This document shows, piece by piece, positions 43,207-52,714 of a stretch of DNA of 64,000 nt. Origin of the DNA: an uncultured Gemmatimonadales bacterium (GTDB taxonomy: Bacteria > Gemmatimonadota > Gemmatimonadetes > Gemmatimonadales > GWC2-71-9). The stretch's first letter is position 1, and each line of letters opens with the position of its first letter. Under the pieces are notes generated by a model. It was not told where the DNA came from, did no database searches, and saw only the letters and a list, made by a program, of their open reading frames with translations. Made by a program: the position numbers and the translations under genes. The DNA lies in contig CAWGED010000019.1 in the NCBI GenBank assembly GCA_963821525.1, forward strand, positions 352,001 through 416,000, read 5' to 3'.

Positions 43207-44814
43207 TCAGGATCCTTTCCCCACGACCTCGACCACTGCGCGCCCATCCAAAGGCTCAAAGGGTTTAACCCGAAGCAGCGCCGCCAGAGTCGGGGCTATG
43301 TCTACTGTCTCGATCGAGCGGGTGAAGAGTCCCGACCGAACTCCCGGACCCATGAATACGATGGGCACGCTGAGGTCGTCGGGATTGGTCGTCCCATGCG
43401 TCGTCGAGGTTGCGTCGTCCGACCAAATGTAACCTGGACTCAATGAGGCGCAGAGCAGCCAGGGCAGATCATCGGGAAGGCTGCGCCGCCAGAGCGTTGC
43501 GTCTGACTCCGGGGAACCGGGAAGCGTCCGCGCGGTGTAAACCCGGGCGACTCCAGGAACCGCCTTCAAAGACTCGGCGAGCGCCACGGCCACGCTATCG
43601 ACATCCAGTCCGCGAGTCCGCAATTGATCCAGGTCCGCGGTGAGCAACCCGCTGTCGAAATAGAGCCCGGGCGATTTCACCCCAAGGGCCTTAAGGGTGG
43701 AATCGGTGCGTTGCTGAAAGGCGGTGGGCGAGACTCGGCCTGCGGGGCGACCGTTCAACCGCGCGTCTTCGGGATACGAGGTAACACCATGATCCCCGGT
43801 CATGATGACGAGGGGAGCCTGACCTTTGAGCAGCGTGGTCAAGGAATCGAGAAACCATCCGAGGGTTCGATCCAGCCGGAGGAGCTGATCGTGCAGCTCA
43901 CGCGAGTCGGGACCGAATTCGTGGCCTACGTAATCGGTAGTCGAGAGCGAAATCGCCAGCACATCGATGCCTCGGCGGCGTCCCAGCTGCAGGCTCCGAG
44001 TGCCTTCCAGCGCGACATCGAGCGTGAGCGAATCCATCCACGGAAAGCTGAGGGCCTGACGCATGGCCTTATCGGGATCGTCCGGGACCCGGTGAGGGAA
44101 GGTGACGTCGCGGCCGCCCTGCTCGAACGGTAGTGAATCCGGCTCGGCGTACGCCGAATCGGGGAGGAGAAGCGTCCAGCTCCGTCCCGCCAGCCCCGCA
44201 ACCGCCCTGCGATCGTTCCACCCCGTGAGCCACGAGGGCAACGTGTCGGCGTAATACTGGCTGGTGACAAATCGGCCGGAGGCATACCAGAACACCGGAC
44301 CTCGGCTGGACCCGATCGGAAGAATCGCGCCCCGGTCCTTGCCTGAGATGGAGAGAAAGCGAGAGTCGGAATCTTTCGCGCGCAGCCAATCCACCAGGGT
44401 GCTGCCCCGGAAGCGACGGGGGGACGCCCCGTTTCCGGTGTTCACTCCAACCAGCGGAAAGTCACGGTCGGGGACTCCGAAGTAGTTGCTCGGGATCCCC
44501 GTGTGGGCCGGGTTCCGCCCGGATAGCAGCGTCGCGTGCCCCGGAGCAGTCTCGGTAATGGCGTGGGCTTGCCTGGCGTTTGGGAAAACGGCACCGCGGC
44601 TCAGCATCCGGGCGAAAGCACCGCGCCACTGGCCGCGATAGCGCTCCAAGTAGTCCCCTCGGAGCTGATCCACGGTCACAAGGATGACCAGGTGCGGAGG
44701 TGCCGCGTGCAACTGCGGTGGCACCGCCAGCAGACCTGACACGAGACCTACGATCGAGAGGCGCCGAAGAGGCTTGCCGGTGGCAAACGGGAGGGGATTC
44801 TGCGATGTGATCAC
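43207..44814 (-). CDS. alkaline phosphatase family protein (PafA-like)
   Basis: TVDQLR, TETAPGHAT, KDRGAI, DYVGH.FGPDS, TGDHG, THG, DIAPTLA. Confidence 0.92.
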   Translation of the reverse strand: MITSQNPLPFATGKPLRRLSIVGLVSGLLAVPPQLHAAPPHLVILVTVDQLRGDYLERYRGQWRGAFARMLSRGAVFPNARQAHAITETAPGHATLLSGRNPAHTGIPSNYFGVPDRDFPLVGVNTGNGASPRRFRGSTLVDWLRAKDSDSRFLSISGKDRGAILPIGSSRGPVFWYASGRFVTSQYYADTLPSWLTGWNDRRAVAGLAGRSWTLLLPDSAYAEPDSLPFEQGGRDVTFPHRVPDDPDKAMRQALSFPWMDSLTLDVALEGTRSLQLGRRRGIDVLAISLSTTDYVGHEFGPDSRELHDQLLRLDRTLGWFLDSLTTLLKGQAPLVIMTGDHGVTSYPEDARLNGRPAGRVSPTAFQQRTDSTLKALGVKSPGLYFDSGLLTADLDQLRTRGLDVDSVAVALAESLKAVPGVARVYTARTLPGSPESDATLWRRSLPDDLPWLLCASLSPGYIWSDDATSTTHGTTNPDDLSVPIVFMGPGVRSGLFTRSIETVDIAPTLAALLRVKPFEPLDGRAVVEVVGKGS

Positions 44815-44936
44815 TGCAGTATATCCGTACAGTACGATATCATAAATTATTTGTCACCAAGAAGTTACATACATTGGCACCGTTTTGGCTCTAAACAGAT
44901 CCGAAGTCAAAAAGGTGTCGTTCGCGTAAACACGAA

Positions 44937-45029
44937 CCGCCCGATAAGAGCACACCCGGAGCGATCCGGGGCCGCAAAACTAGAGGTCTCCCGTGAAAGC
45001 CGCGAGAGATAGCTCGGTGCCGAAGGTGG
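44937..45029 (+). promoter_or_regulatory. GEMM-I cyclic dinucleotide riboswitch (c-di-GMP-I fold, A20 / cGAMP-type variant)
   Basis: P1 CCGCC/GGTGG; AAGAGCACAC; P2 CCCGGA-GCGA-TCCGGG; GCCGCAAA; P3 ACTAGAG.GTCTC...GAGAT.AG.CTCGGT; GCCGAA. Confidence 0.85.
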
Positions 45030-45113
45030 ATCAGTGCGGAGCGTGATGCGAATTCGAGCCGAAATCCGGCTCCCACGTGTCGCGCTTTTGTGTTCTCGGG
45101 CATGGGAGAACCC

Positions 45114-45581
45114 ATGCCGCAGTCGTCCAGGACCGCCCGCAAGGCGGAGCCCCAAGCTGGTCGCATCCAAGGAGCCCCATTGTTCTGCCTTGGCCTGCTG
45201 GTCTCGATCGCCGCGTGTGAAGCTATGGCGCCGTCTGCGCCGCTCCCGGAGAACGCCCAGTTGATGTCGGCGCCTCCGCAGTTCATGGAGTGGTGGCAGA
45301 AGACCGAGGAGTGCTCCGGTCTCCGGGGCGACGCTTCACAAATCGAGTGGTATGTGGTTCCCAACGTCTCGGTCTTCTCGACGGGCGACGGCGAAAAGGT
45401 CGGCTTGTGGACCCGCTCCAGTGAGGGAACCCGGATTATCCTGGCCGGAAACTATATGCAGAACGAGCTGGTTGTGCGGCACGAGATGCTGCACGCCCTG
45501 CTGGACCACGAAGGACATCCCCGCGAGTATTTCATCGAGCGCTGCGGCCTCACCTGGGATTCCTGGCACGGCGGCAACTAA
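45114..45581 (+). CDS. hypothetical lipoprotein with HEXXH motif
   Basis: SD GGGAG; SIAAC lipobox; WW...EECSG; VRHEMLHALL...HP..YF..C. Confidence 0.75.
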   Translation: MPQSSRTARKAEPQAGRIQGAPLFCLGLLVSIAACEAMAPSAPLPENAQLMSAPPQFMEWWQKTEECSGLRGDASQIEWYVVPNVSVFSTGDGEKVGLWTRSSEGTRIILAGNYMQNELVVRHEMLHALLDHEGHPREYFIERCGLTWDSWHGGN

Positions 45582-45619
45582 ATTAGCTCCGCGCTCTCAG
45601 GGCGGCTGATCACAAGAAC

Positions 45620-45655
45620 AAGAGCACAGAGATTATAACGGTCTCTGTGCTCTTC
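45620..45655. terminator. bidirectional terminator
   Basis: aagagcacagaga ... tctctgtgctctt between convergent genes. Confidence 0.75.
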
Positions 45656-45679
45656 GCTTTCTGAAGCACCGCCTGTTCG

Positions 45680-48387
45680 CTACGGCTGACTGATCGGTGT
45701 TGGAGTCTCTCTCTGGAAGACAGTCCCGTCGCCAAGCTGGCCGAGTGAGTTATCACCCCAGCAGTACGCCTGCCCGCCGATGGTCACTCCGCAGACATGG
45801 TCTGTGCCGGCGGCGATCGAGGCGAAGCTGATCCCGCCGGCGACCAGGGTCGGAGCCGTCGCATTGTCGGTGCTGCCGTTTCCGAGCTGGCCGGAAGCGT
45901 TGTAGCCCCAGCAGTATGCCGTGCCACCGGCGGTGAGGCCACACGTGAAGCTGTTGCCCGATTCCAGTGAGCTGAAGGTGAGGCCGCCGGAGACTGCCAG
46001 CGGCGTCAGGCTTTCAGTGGTCGTGACTGTATCCTGCCCCAACCGTCCGTTGAGGTTGGATCCCCAGCAATAGGCGGCTCCGCCGGTGACCAGTCCGCAG
46101 GTGTGAACCTGGCCGGGGGCCACCAGAGTGAAGAGCAATCCACCGACGACTTTCGAGGGCTGATTGGTATTCGCTTTCGGGGCGTCGTTCCCCAGCTGGC
46201 CGAAGCCGTCAGCACCCCAGCAGAACGCTGCGCCGCTGGTCCGCACGCCGCAACTGTAGAAGGCCGCGGCAGCGATCTGGGTCCAGGTCCCCGAAACCAG
46301 GACCGCACTCGGTGTAGTGACGGGAGCGAGTGGTGCGCCGTTACCTAACTGTCCTGAGCCGTCGGCACCCCAGCAGAAGCCCGTGCCGGTGCTGTTGATG
46401 GCGCAGGTCTGGCGGCCGCCGCTTCCAGTACCGGTCGAGATGGCCTGGAACACCATTCCACCCGAGACGGGATGGGGCACCGAGTCAAGCGCGGTGGTGC
46501 CGTTGCCCAGGGCACCATTTGTGTTGCCACCCCAGCAATACGCGACGCCGGCATTGGTCAAGGCGCAGCTATAGAGCCGTCCGGCCGCGATCCGCGAGAA
46601 GGTCTGCCCGCCAGCGACGGCGGTCGGAGTCGGGCGGTTGGTGAGGCTGTTGTCGCCCAGGGCGCCTTGACTGTTATCACCCCAGCAGAAGCCCACCCCA
46701 TCCACCGTCACGGCGCAGGAGTGCCCGCTGCCGCCTGCGATCCTCGCGACCTGGAAGGTTCCTGTCGCATCGAAGTTCACCGTCGCGGCAACCAGCGCGG
46801 CGCTTACGCTCACGGTGTTGCCGCCGACCGAGGTGCCCAGAGTCCATCCGGCCAGAGTCGCGATGCCGGTCGCATCGGTGGTGACCGGATTGGCCGGACT
46901 CACGGTCCCCGCACCCGCCGTGACATTGAAAGTCACCGCAGCACCCGAAACCGGATTGCCGCTCACGTCAGTAACCTGCACCGAGGGCGGAGTGGCCACG
47001 TTGGCGCCAACTCCGGCGTTCTGATTGAGCGGCGAGAGCGCCAGGATGTTGGCCGCAGGTCCCGCAGTCAAAGTGATCGCCGACGACGTGACGGAGGTGA
47101 GGCCGGTCGAGGCAAAGTCCAGTGCGTAAGCGCCGACGGTGCCAGTCAGGGATAAGTCGGTGAAAGTCGCGACGCCGGTGGCGTCGGTGTTGATGCTCAC
47201 GGTGCCGCCGAGTCCCGCGCTTGTGGGCGAGCGGGAGACGGTCACCGGAGCCCGGCCTGGATCACGTCGTTGCCGAACTCGTCCTGCAGCCGAATCACCG
47301 GCTGTTGCGCCAGAACCGAACCATTCTGGACCGTGGTCGAGGGCGCGGTGCTGATCGCCAGCTTGGCAGGCGGCCCCGCCTGCGCGGCGGCATCGAAAGC
47401 CACCGGTGCCAGTGATCCGACTGATGCGTCGAGGGTGTTAGACCCAGCGACGGTGCCCAAGGTCCAGCTCGTGACCTGTGCAATGCCGCCCAAGCCGGTC
47501 GGACTGCTCCCGCCAGTGACGCTTCCACCGCCCGCGGTCACAGTGAAGGTGACGGTGACCCCAACCACGGGATTTCCGCTCGCATCGGTCACTTGTACGG
47601 TCGGACGGTTGGAGACCGGCTGTCCGACGGTGCCGCCCAGAATTGTCGAGGTGGTCGCCACGATGGTTGCTGGCGTTCCTACCAGTACATCGATTGCCCC
47701 GGAGCCGACCGAAGTAAGTCCTGGGCTGGTAAACGTCAGGGTGCGAGGCCCGACCGTTCCGATGATCTCGAGGTTGGTGAAGACGGCGGCACCCGTCGCA
47801 TCGGTGTTCTCGGTCAGGGTCCCGTTGAGCGTGCCACCCCCGGAGGTGATGGAAACGGTGACGGGGACGCCGGCTTGAGCCCGATCATTCCCATAGGCGT
47901 CATGCAACTGCACGACCGGCTGCTGGGCAAACACACCGCCACTCGGGACGGCGGGGGAGGGTGGCGTGGTCAGGACGAGCGCGGTCGCGGTACCCGCCGT
48001 TCCGGTCGCGTTGATGGTGACCGGAGTGAGTCCGGTGACCGAGCCCTGCAAAGTGTTGGAGCCAGCGGCCGTGCCAAGCGTCCAGGAGCCGACTGCGGCA
48101 ACACCGTTGGCGTCGGTTGTAGCGGTGCCGCCGGTGATCGTGCCACCGCCGGTTTGAACCGTGAAAGTGACGTCTACCCCCGACATCGGGTCGCCGTTCT
48201 GATCCCGCACCAGCACGGCCGGTGCAATCGGAACCGCGGTAGCAACCGCTGCCGTCTGGTTGCTGCCGACGCTGATGCCGATGCTGGTTGGGACCTTGGG
48301 AGCCGGCCCGGTGCTATCGCTGCCGCTGCAGGCGACCAGGTAGGCCAGCGCACTGACGAGTACAACCCGGCGAGGGAGGCGCATCAC
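45680..48387 (-). CDS. lipoprotein with Ig-like repeats and C-terminal RCC1-like beta-propeller, frameshift near 47250
   Basis: LVAC lipobox; Ig repeats; seven H/Y.C.....G.A.CWG.N..GQLG units. Confidence 0.85.
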
Positions 48388-48644
48388 GAATCAGCTTTCA
48401 GGATCGGGGTTGCGCTGCTGGTTCCCTCAGCGGCACAGGAGGACGGGCGCTAGAGGCGAGAACCGTGCCCGTGGTCGGATTCGCGGGCACTGTTTAATCC
48501 TAATGCGTGGTATGTATGTAAGCTATTGAATTACTTGAAGTTACTGGGACTGGCTAAGTGATGAAATATGATACAGAGGCGAGGGTGAGCTCTATTCGAC
48601 TCGCGTTGCGCAAGCAAAGCCTCGGAGCTGCAAAGGCTTGCCGG

Positions 48645-49772
48645 TCAGTTCGGACCGCTCCCCGCCGTGGCCCCGGTGGGGGCGGGCAGGTACAGATCGA
48701 AGACCTTCATGACGACGTCTCGCGGCTTGATGTCGGTCCGGTTTTGCAGGAAGTAGATCGAGAAGTGTTGGCTCCGGCAGCGGAGAATGTAGGAGAGGTA
48801 GCCCTCCCAGCTCCCCGAGTGCCCTTCGTAGTGATAGCCATTCCGGTCGGCGATCCCCCAGGCGAACCCGTAGTCCACCGACTTGCCATCCACCAGGCGC
48901 CCCGGTTCGAACGCGTCCGCGAGAGTGGTCTGCCGCACGAGTTGATCGGTATACAGGGCGGCGTCATAGCGCGCGAGATCCTCCACCGAGCAATAGACCG
49001 AGCCGGAGCCCACCAGGTTGTCGAGCGGGTCCTGGTCGTTGGCGGTGAATTTTTTTCCCGACTTGTCGTAGCCTCGCGCGCGCTGGGGTTCGGCAAAGCG
49101 GGTGGCGTTGGGCATCGAAAAACAGCCGGTCATTCCGGTAGGACCAAACACCCGCTGTCGGAGAAAGCCATCGAGCGATTGTCCGGAGACATGCTCGACC
49201 AAGGTACCGAGCAGGTCGTAGCCGGCGTTGCTGTAGACGAACTCCCTGCCCGCCGGTTTCGGCGTTCCCCAGCGGTGGAGCAACGCCAGGGCGTCGTCGT
49301 TGGTTGGCATCGGACTCGAGGCGAGCAGCAGTTTGTAGCCCGTCGAATCGTCGTAGTAGTCGGGAATGCCGGAGGTATGGTGGAGCACCTGCCGGATGGT
49401 GAGCGAATCGCCGAATCGGGCGACCTCAGGCAGGTGCTTGCCGACTGGATCGTCGTAGTCGAGCCGGCCGTCCTGATGCAGCATCATCAGGGACAGCGCC
49501 GTGAACTGTTTGCCCGTCGATGCCATATGGTATCGAGTGCCGGGGAGATTCGGCTTCCTGGAGTCGAGATCCGCGAGCCCGTATCCCGCGATATGAACCA
49601 CCTTGCCGTCCCGGATCACGACGATGGAGCCGCCCGGCTCGTTGGACTTGATGGCGGCCTGCACGATGGCATCCACCCGAGGGTCGCGCGGTGCGTTAGA
49701 TTGGGCGGCCAGAGCGGGCGCCACAACGAAGAGCAGAGCACCGAGTGCCACCAGGCGGCGCAGGACCGTCAT
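48645..49772 (-). CDS. serine hydrolase, beta-lactamase family
   Basis: ASTGK (SxxK), HTSG, YSN, HSG; signal peptide. Confidence 0.9.
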   Translation of the reverse strand: MTVLRRLVALGALLFVVAPALAAQSNAPRDPRVDAIVQAAIKSNEPGGSIVVIRDGKVVHIAGYGLADLDSRKPNLPGTRYHMASTGKQFTALSLMMLHQDGRLDYDDPVGKHLPEVARFGDSLTIRQVLHHTSGIPDYYDDSTGYKLLLASSPMPTNDDALALLHRWGTPKPAGREFVYSNAGYDLLGTLVEHVSGQSLDGFLRQRVFGPTGMTGCFSMPNATRFAEPQRARGYDKSGKKFTANDQDPLDNLVGSGSVYCSVEDLARYDAALYTDQLVRQTTLADAFEPGRLVDGKSVDYGFAWGIADRNGYHYEGHSGSWEGYLSYILRCRSQHFSIYFLQNRTDIKPRDVVMKVFDLYLPAPTGATAGSGPN

Positions 49773-49882
49773 GCCTGACTCCGATTAGTAAGGATCGCTG
49801 AAAGTATCGGACCCAGAAGCCAAACGAAACCGGTCCGTTGCACGTGCCGTATCCGTTCTGACTCCTTCATTCATAGTTCTAT

Positions 49883-50392
49883 ATGAGACGTTTCTGGCTC
49901 GGCCTGGTCCTTGGTGCGCTCCTGCTCCCGCTCGGTACTCTCGGGGCGGCGGCACTCGGCCTCATGGGGACGGACACGGCGCCCAATCCGCCGCTCTGGG
50001 AAGCCAAGCTTGCCCGACTCGCGTTCACCCGGTCGGTTGCGCGACACGCCGATTCGATTCCAAATCCCGTCTCTCCCAGCGAAGACCAGCTGCGCATCGG
50101 ACTCCGGATCTATTCCGGCAACTGCGGCGGATGCCATGGATTCCCCAATCATCCGAGCAGTTTCGGCCTCTCCTTCTATCCGCGGGCAAAACAATTCGCC
50201 GAGACGCCACCCACGCGTCCCGATTGGCAGAACTACTGGATCATGACTCACGGGATCCGGCGGACGGCGATGGCGGCCTGGGTAAACGAGCTCCCGGAGG
50301 AGAAGCGGTGGCAGGTGGCGACCTTTGTGAGCGAGCTGGGGCATTTGCCGCCGGCGGTGGACAGCGTGTGGAGGCGGGCTGGAGGAGATTGA
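49883..50392 (+). CDS. c-type cytochrome
   Basis: CGGCHG heme motif, HGIRRTAMAAW, N-terminal TM segment. Confidence 0.85.
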   Translation: MRRFWLGLVLGALLLPLGTLGAAALGLMGTDTAPNPPLWEAKLARLAFTRSVARHADSIPNPVSPSEDQLRIGLRIYSGNCGGCHGFPNHPSSFGLSFYPRAKQFAETPPTRPDWQNYWIMTHGIRRTAMAAWVNELPEEKRWQVATFVSELGHLPPAVDSVWRRAGGD

Positions 50393-50475
50393 AAATTGGT
50401 AATTGGTAATTGAAAATTGAGAGCCGAGGACATTCCGGAAACGAAGACGGCTCCGTGAGGAGCCGTTGACGTTGA

Positions 50476-50548
50476 TGCGCCGCGTAGGAATCGAACCTAC
50501 AACCTAGTGATTAAGAGTCACTTGCTCTGCCAATTGAGCTAGCGGCGC
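50476..50548 (-). tRNA. tRNA-Lys(CTT)
   Basis: Anticodon arm AGTGA-CTCTTAA-TCACT on the reverse complement. Confidence 0.95.
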
Positions 50549-50552
50549 TCTA

Positions 50553-50624
50553 TAGCCCCAACGGGAATCGAACCCGTCTTTCGACCTTGAAAGGGTCGCG
50601 TCCTGACCGATAGACGATGGGGCC
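50553..50624 (-). tRNA. tRNA-Glu(TTC)
   Basis: Anticodon arm CGACC-CTTTCAA-GGTCG. Confidence 0.95.
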
Positions 50625-50655
50625 ATGGCCAGAGACGAGTACCGAGTTGAAAGGA

Positions 50656-50728
50656 TAGCGCTAACGGGATTCGAACCCGTGTTTGGGCCTTGAGAGGGCC
50701 CCGTCCTAGTCCCCTAGACGATAGCGCC
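50656..50728 (-). tRNA. tRNA-Glu(CTC)
   Basis: Anticodon arm GGGCC-CTCTCAA-GGCCC. Confidence 0.95.
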
Positions 50729-50737
50729 AATACCTAC

Positions 50738-50845
50738 AGTACCGGGTACCTAGTACCGAGTACCGAGTACAACGCTTTCCCTAGCCACCTTCTCACCTTT
50801 TATCAGCATCTCGTACTCGGTACCCGGTACTAGGTACTCGGTACT
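50738..50845. repeat. 33-bp inverted arms made of AGTACCG heptamers
   Basis: 50738-50770 vs 50813-50845, two differences. Confidence 0.9.
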
Positions 50846-50856
50846 AGATGAAAAAG

Positions 50857-50929
50857 CAGGCCCGGCAGGAATCGAACCTGCAACCCCCGGTTTTGGAGAC
50901 CGGTGCTCTACCAATTGAGCTACGGACCT
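50857..50929 (-). tRNA. tRNA-Trp(CCA)
   Basis: Anticodon arm CCGGT-CTCCAAA-ACCGG. Confidence 0.95.
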
Positions 50930-50930
50930 A

Positions 50931-51044
50931 AGCGGTCAGGCGGGATGGCGGTCAGGCGGAAAGAGAAGCCTGGGTTCGATCCAACACGATCGCATTCGAT
51001 CCGCTTTTTCCTACCGCCCTCCCGCCTTTCCGCCTTCCCACCCT
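50931..51044. repeat. inverted arms of GGCGGNNN octamers
   Basis: agcggtcaggcgggatggcggtcaggcggaaag ... ctaccgccctcccgcctttccgccttcccaccct. Confidence 0.75.
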
Positions 51045-51046
51045 AG

Positions 51047-51121
51047 GGTGGCTGACGGGACTTGAACCCGCAACCTCCGGAGCCACAGTCCGGCGCTCTA
51101 ACCACTTGAGCTACAACCACC
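51047..51121 (-). tRNA. tRNA-His(GTG)
   Basis: Anticodon arm CCGGA-CTGTGGC-TCCGG; encoded G-1 and C73. Confidence 0.95.
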
Positions 51122-51196
51122 ACGGCCCTCGGCCGACGGTCCCGAGCCGGGGGAAACTATCGGACGGCCTAGGGTCGGTCAAGCTTACGCCAGCCC

Positions 51197-51844
51197 TCAG
51201 GATAGGGTGTCCCAGAACCTCCGTTGGAGGAGTGCCGTCCCGGGATGGGAAGGAACCGGTTTGCCGTCCAATCGGGCCACCGGAACGATGCCCCGAGCCG
51301 CATTCGCCAGGATGATCGGGATCCCGTTCAAGGCATCCCGCGGCACGACTCGCTCCGTAACCGGGCCAATTTCGGCGATCCGTGACCGCGAGACGCTGGG
51401 CAGGATCCCCAGCCGCAGGGAAGGTGCGACCAAGGTCGGCCCATCCCACCAGAAGACCGTCCAGATCGTACACTCGGCGACCATTCCCTCCGGCGTGAGC
51501 ATCAGCGCATCGTCCGCCCCGGCACTCTCCGCTTCCGCCGACGCCTCGGCGAACTGGGTTCGATCAGCGGTCTTGTGAGGATAGGGTTGGTGCGCTTGCC
51601 GAGCTGTTATCAGCCGGACCGGCTCGACCGAGCCGACCTCACGCTCGGTGACCTGCTTCCCCTTCATACCTACTACGATCCGTTGTACCCGATCGGTTCC
51701 TCCCGAGGGAACTTCGAACTCGAGAGGAAACGGAATCCCCAGAGTCCTGCAGCTCGCAACCAGCCGGCGGAGATGCAGGTGCCAGAGCGGCGCGCGACCA
51801 TCTCGAACTCGCACGGTCTCGATCAGCGAGGGAGTCTTGAGCAT
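51197..51844 (-). CDS. aminotransferase class IV (PabC/IlvE-like, short)
   Basis: LIETVR, HLRRL, HKT, DDALM...G.VAE, GILPSVSR, NAARG. Confidence 0.8.
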   Translation of the reverse strand: MLKTPSLIETVRVRDGRAPLWHLHLRRLVASCRTLGIPFPLEFEVPSGGTDRVQRIVVGMKGKQVTEREVGSVEPVRLITARQAHQPYPHKTADRTQFAEASAEAESAGADDALMLTPEGMVAECTIWTVFWWDGPTLVAPSLRLGILPSVSRSRIAEIGPVTERVVPRDALNGIPIILANAARGIVPVARLDGKPVPSHPGTALLQRRFWDTLS

Positions 51845-51853
51845 TGGGCTAAT

Positions 51854-52714
51854 CTAGCGGGAGTCCCACCATGCTTTGACCCCGGTCGCACCCATGATCA
51901 GGGCGCCGCCCAAGAGCGCTCCCGGTCCCGGCGCCTCGCCATGAACCAGCCAGGCCCAGAGGGGATTCAGCGCGGGTTCGAGGAAGAGCAATAGTGAAAC
52001 TTCAAGAGCGGGAAGCTGCTGGATCCCTCGGGTGAGCCAGAGGTATGCGAGGCCGATCTGGAACACGCCGAGGTAGAGGATGATGCTCCAGTCGGTCACG
52101 CTGTGGTGGCCCAGCGGAAGGATTGCGGGCAGGGCAATGAGAAAGGCAAAGAGATTGCCCAATCCGACCGCGGACGCAGGTGACCCGCCACGCTTTCCGA
52201 TCCACCGCATGCCGATCAGCATGAGGGCGTAGGTGATGCCGCTCAGCGTCGCCAGGATATTCCCGCGCACCGGATCGGGGGCGGTAACGAACGTCTCCTG
52301 GCGACCCACGAAGAAGAACGCCATGCCGATCCCGATCACCAGCATGAAGCCCAGGTCTCGCCGCCTGATGGGCTCGTTGAGCAGCAGCGGACTCAGGACG
52401 AGGATGTAGACCGGTGCGGTATCCTGAAGGAAAATCGTGCTGGCCGCGGTCGTGAGCTTGTTGGCGAGGACGAACAGGACCAGCGTGGCGGCGTAGGCGA
52501 GTGAGACCAGCACCGTGCGGCCCAGCTCGGCGCCCCTCCCCAGCCGCCTCGCCTCGGGTACCAGCAGGCAAACGGCGATGGTCGCCAACCCCGAGCGGAG
52601 ACCGGCCACCTGCCAGCTGGTGAACTGGGCGGACTTGATGGCCGCACCGCCGGTCGAGAACAGCAGGGCCGCTCCCAGAACGTAAAGCCGGGCACGGGCC
52701 AGCGAGGTGTTCAC
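51854..52714 (-). CDS. DMT/EamA family transporter
   Basis: About 10 TM segments, FSTGGAAIK, LEPALNPLW. Confidence 0.9.
   Translation of the reverse strand: MNTSLARARLYVLGAALLFSTGGAAIKSAQFTSWQVAGLRSGLATIAVCLLVPEARRLGRGAELGRTVLVSLAYAATLVLFVLANKLTTAASTIFLQDTAPVYILVLSPLLLNEPIRRRDLGFMLVIGIGMAFFFVGRQETFVTAPDPVRGNILATLSGITYALMLIGMRWIGKRGGSPASAVGLGNLFAFLIALPAILPLGHHSVTDWSIILYLGVFQIGLAYLWLTRGIQQLPALEVSLLLFLEPALNPLWAWLVHGEAPGPGALLGGALIMGATGVKAWWDSR

Noticed and set aside
48645..49772. Bona fide antibiotic-resistance beta-lactamase
   Set aside because: SxxK/YxN/HxG motifs are shared by the broad serine hydrolase family; nothing specific to AmpC.
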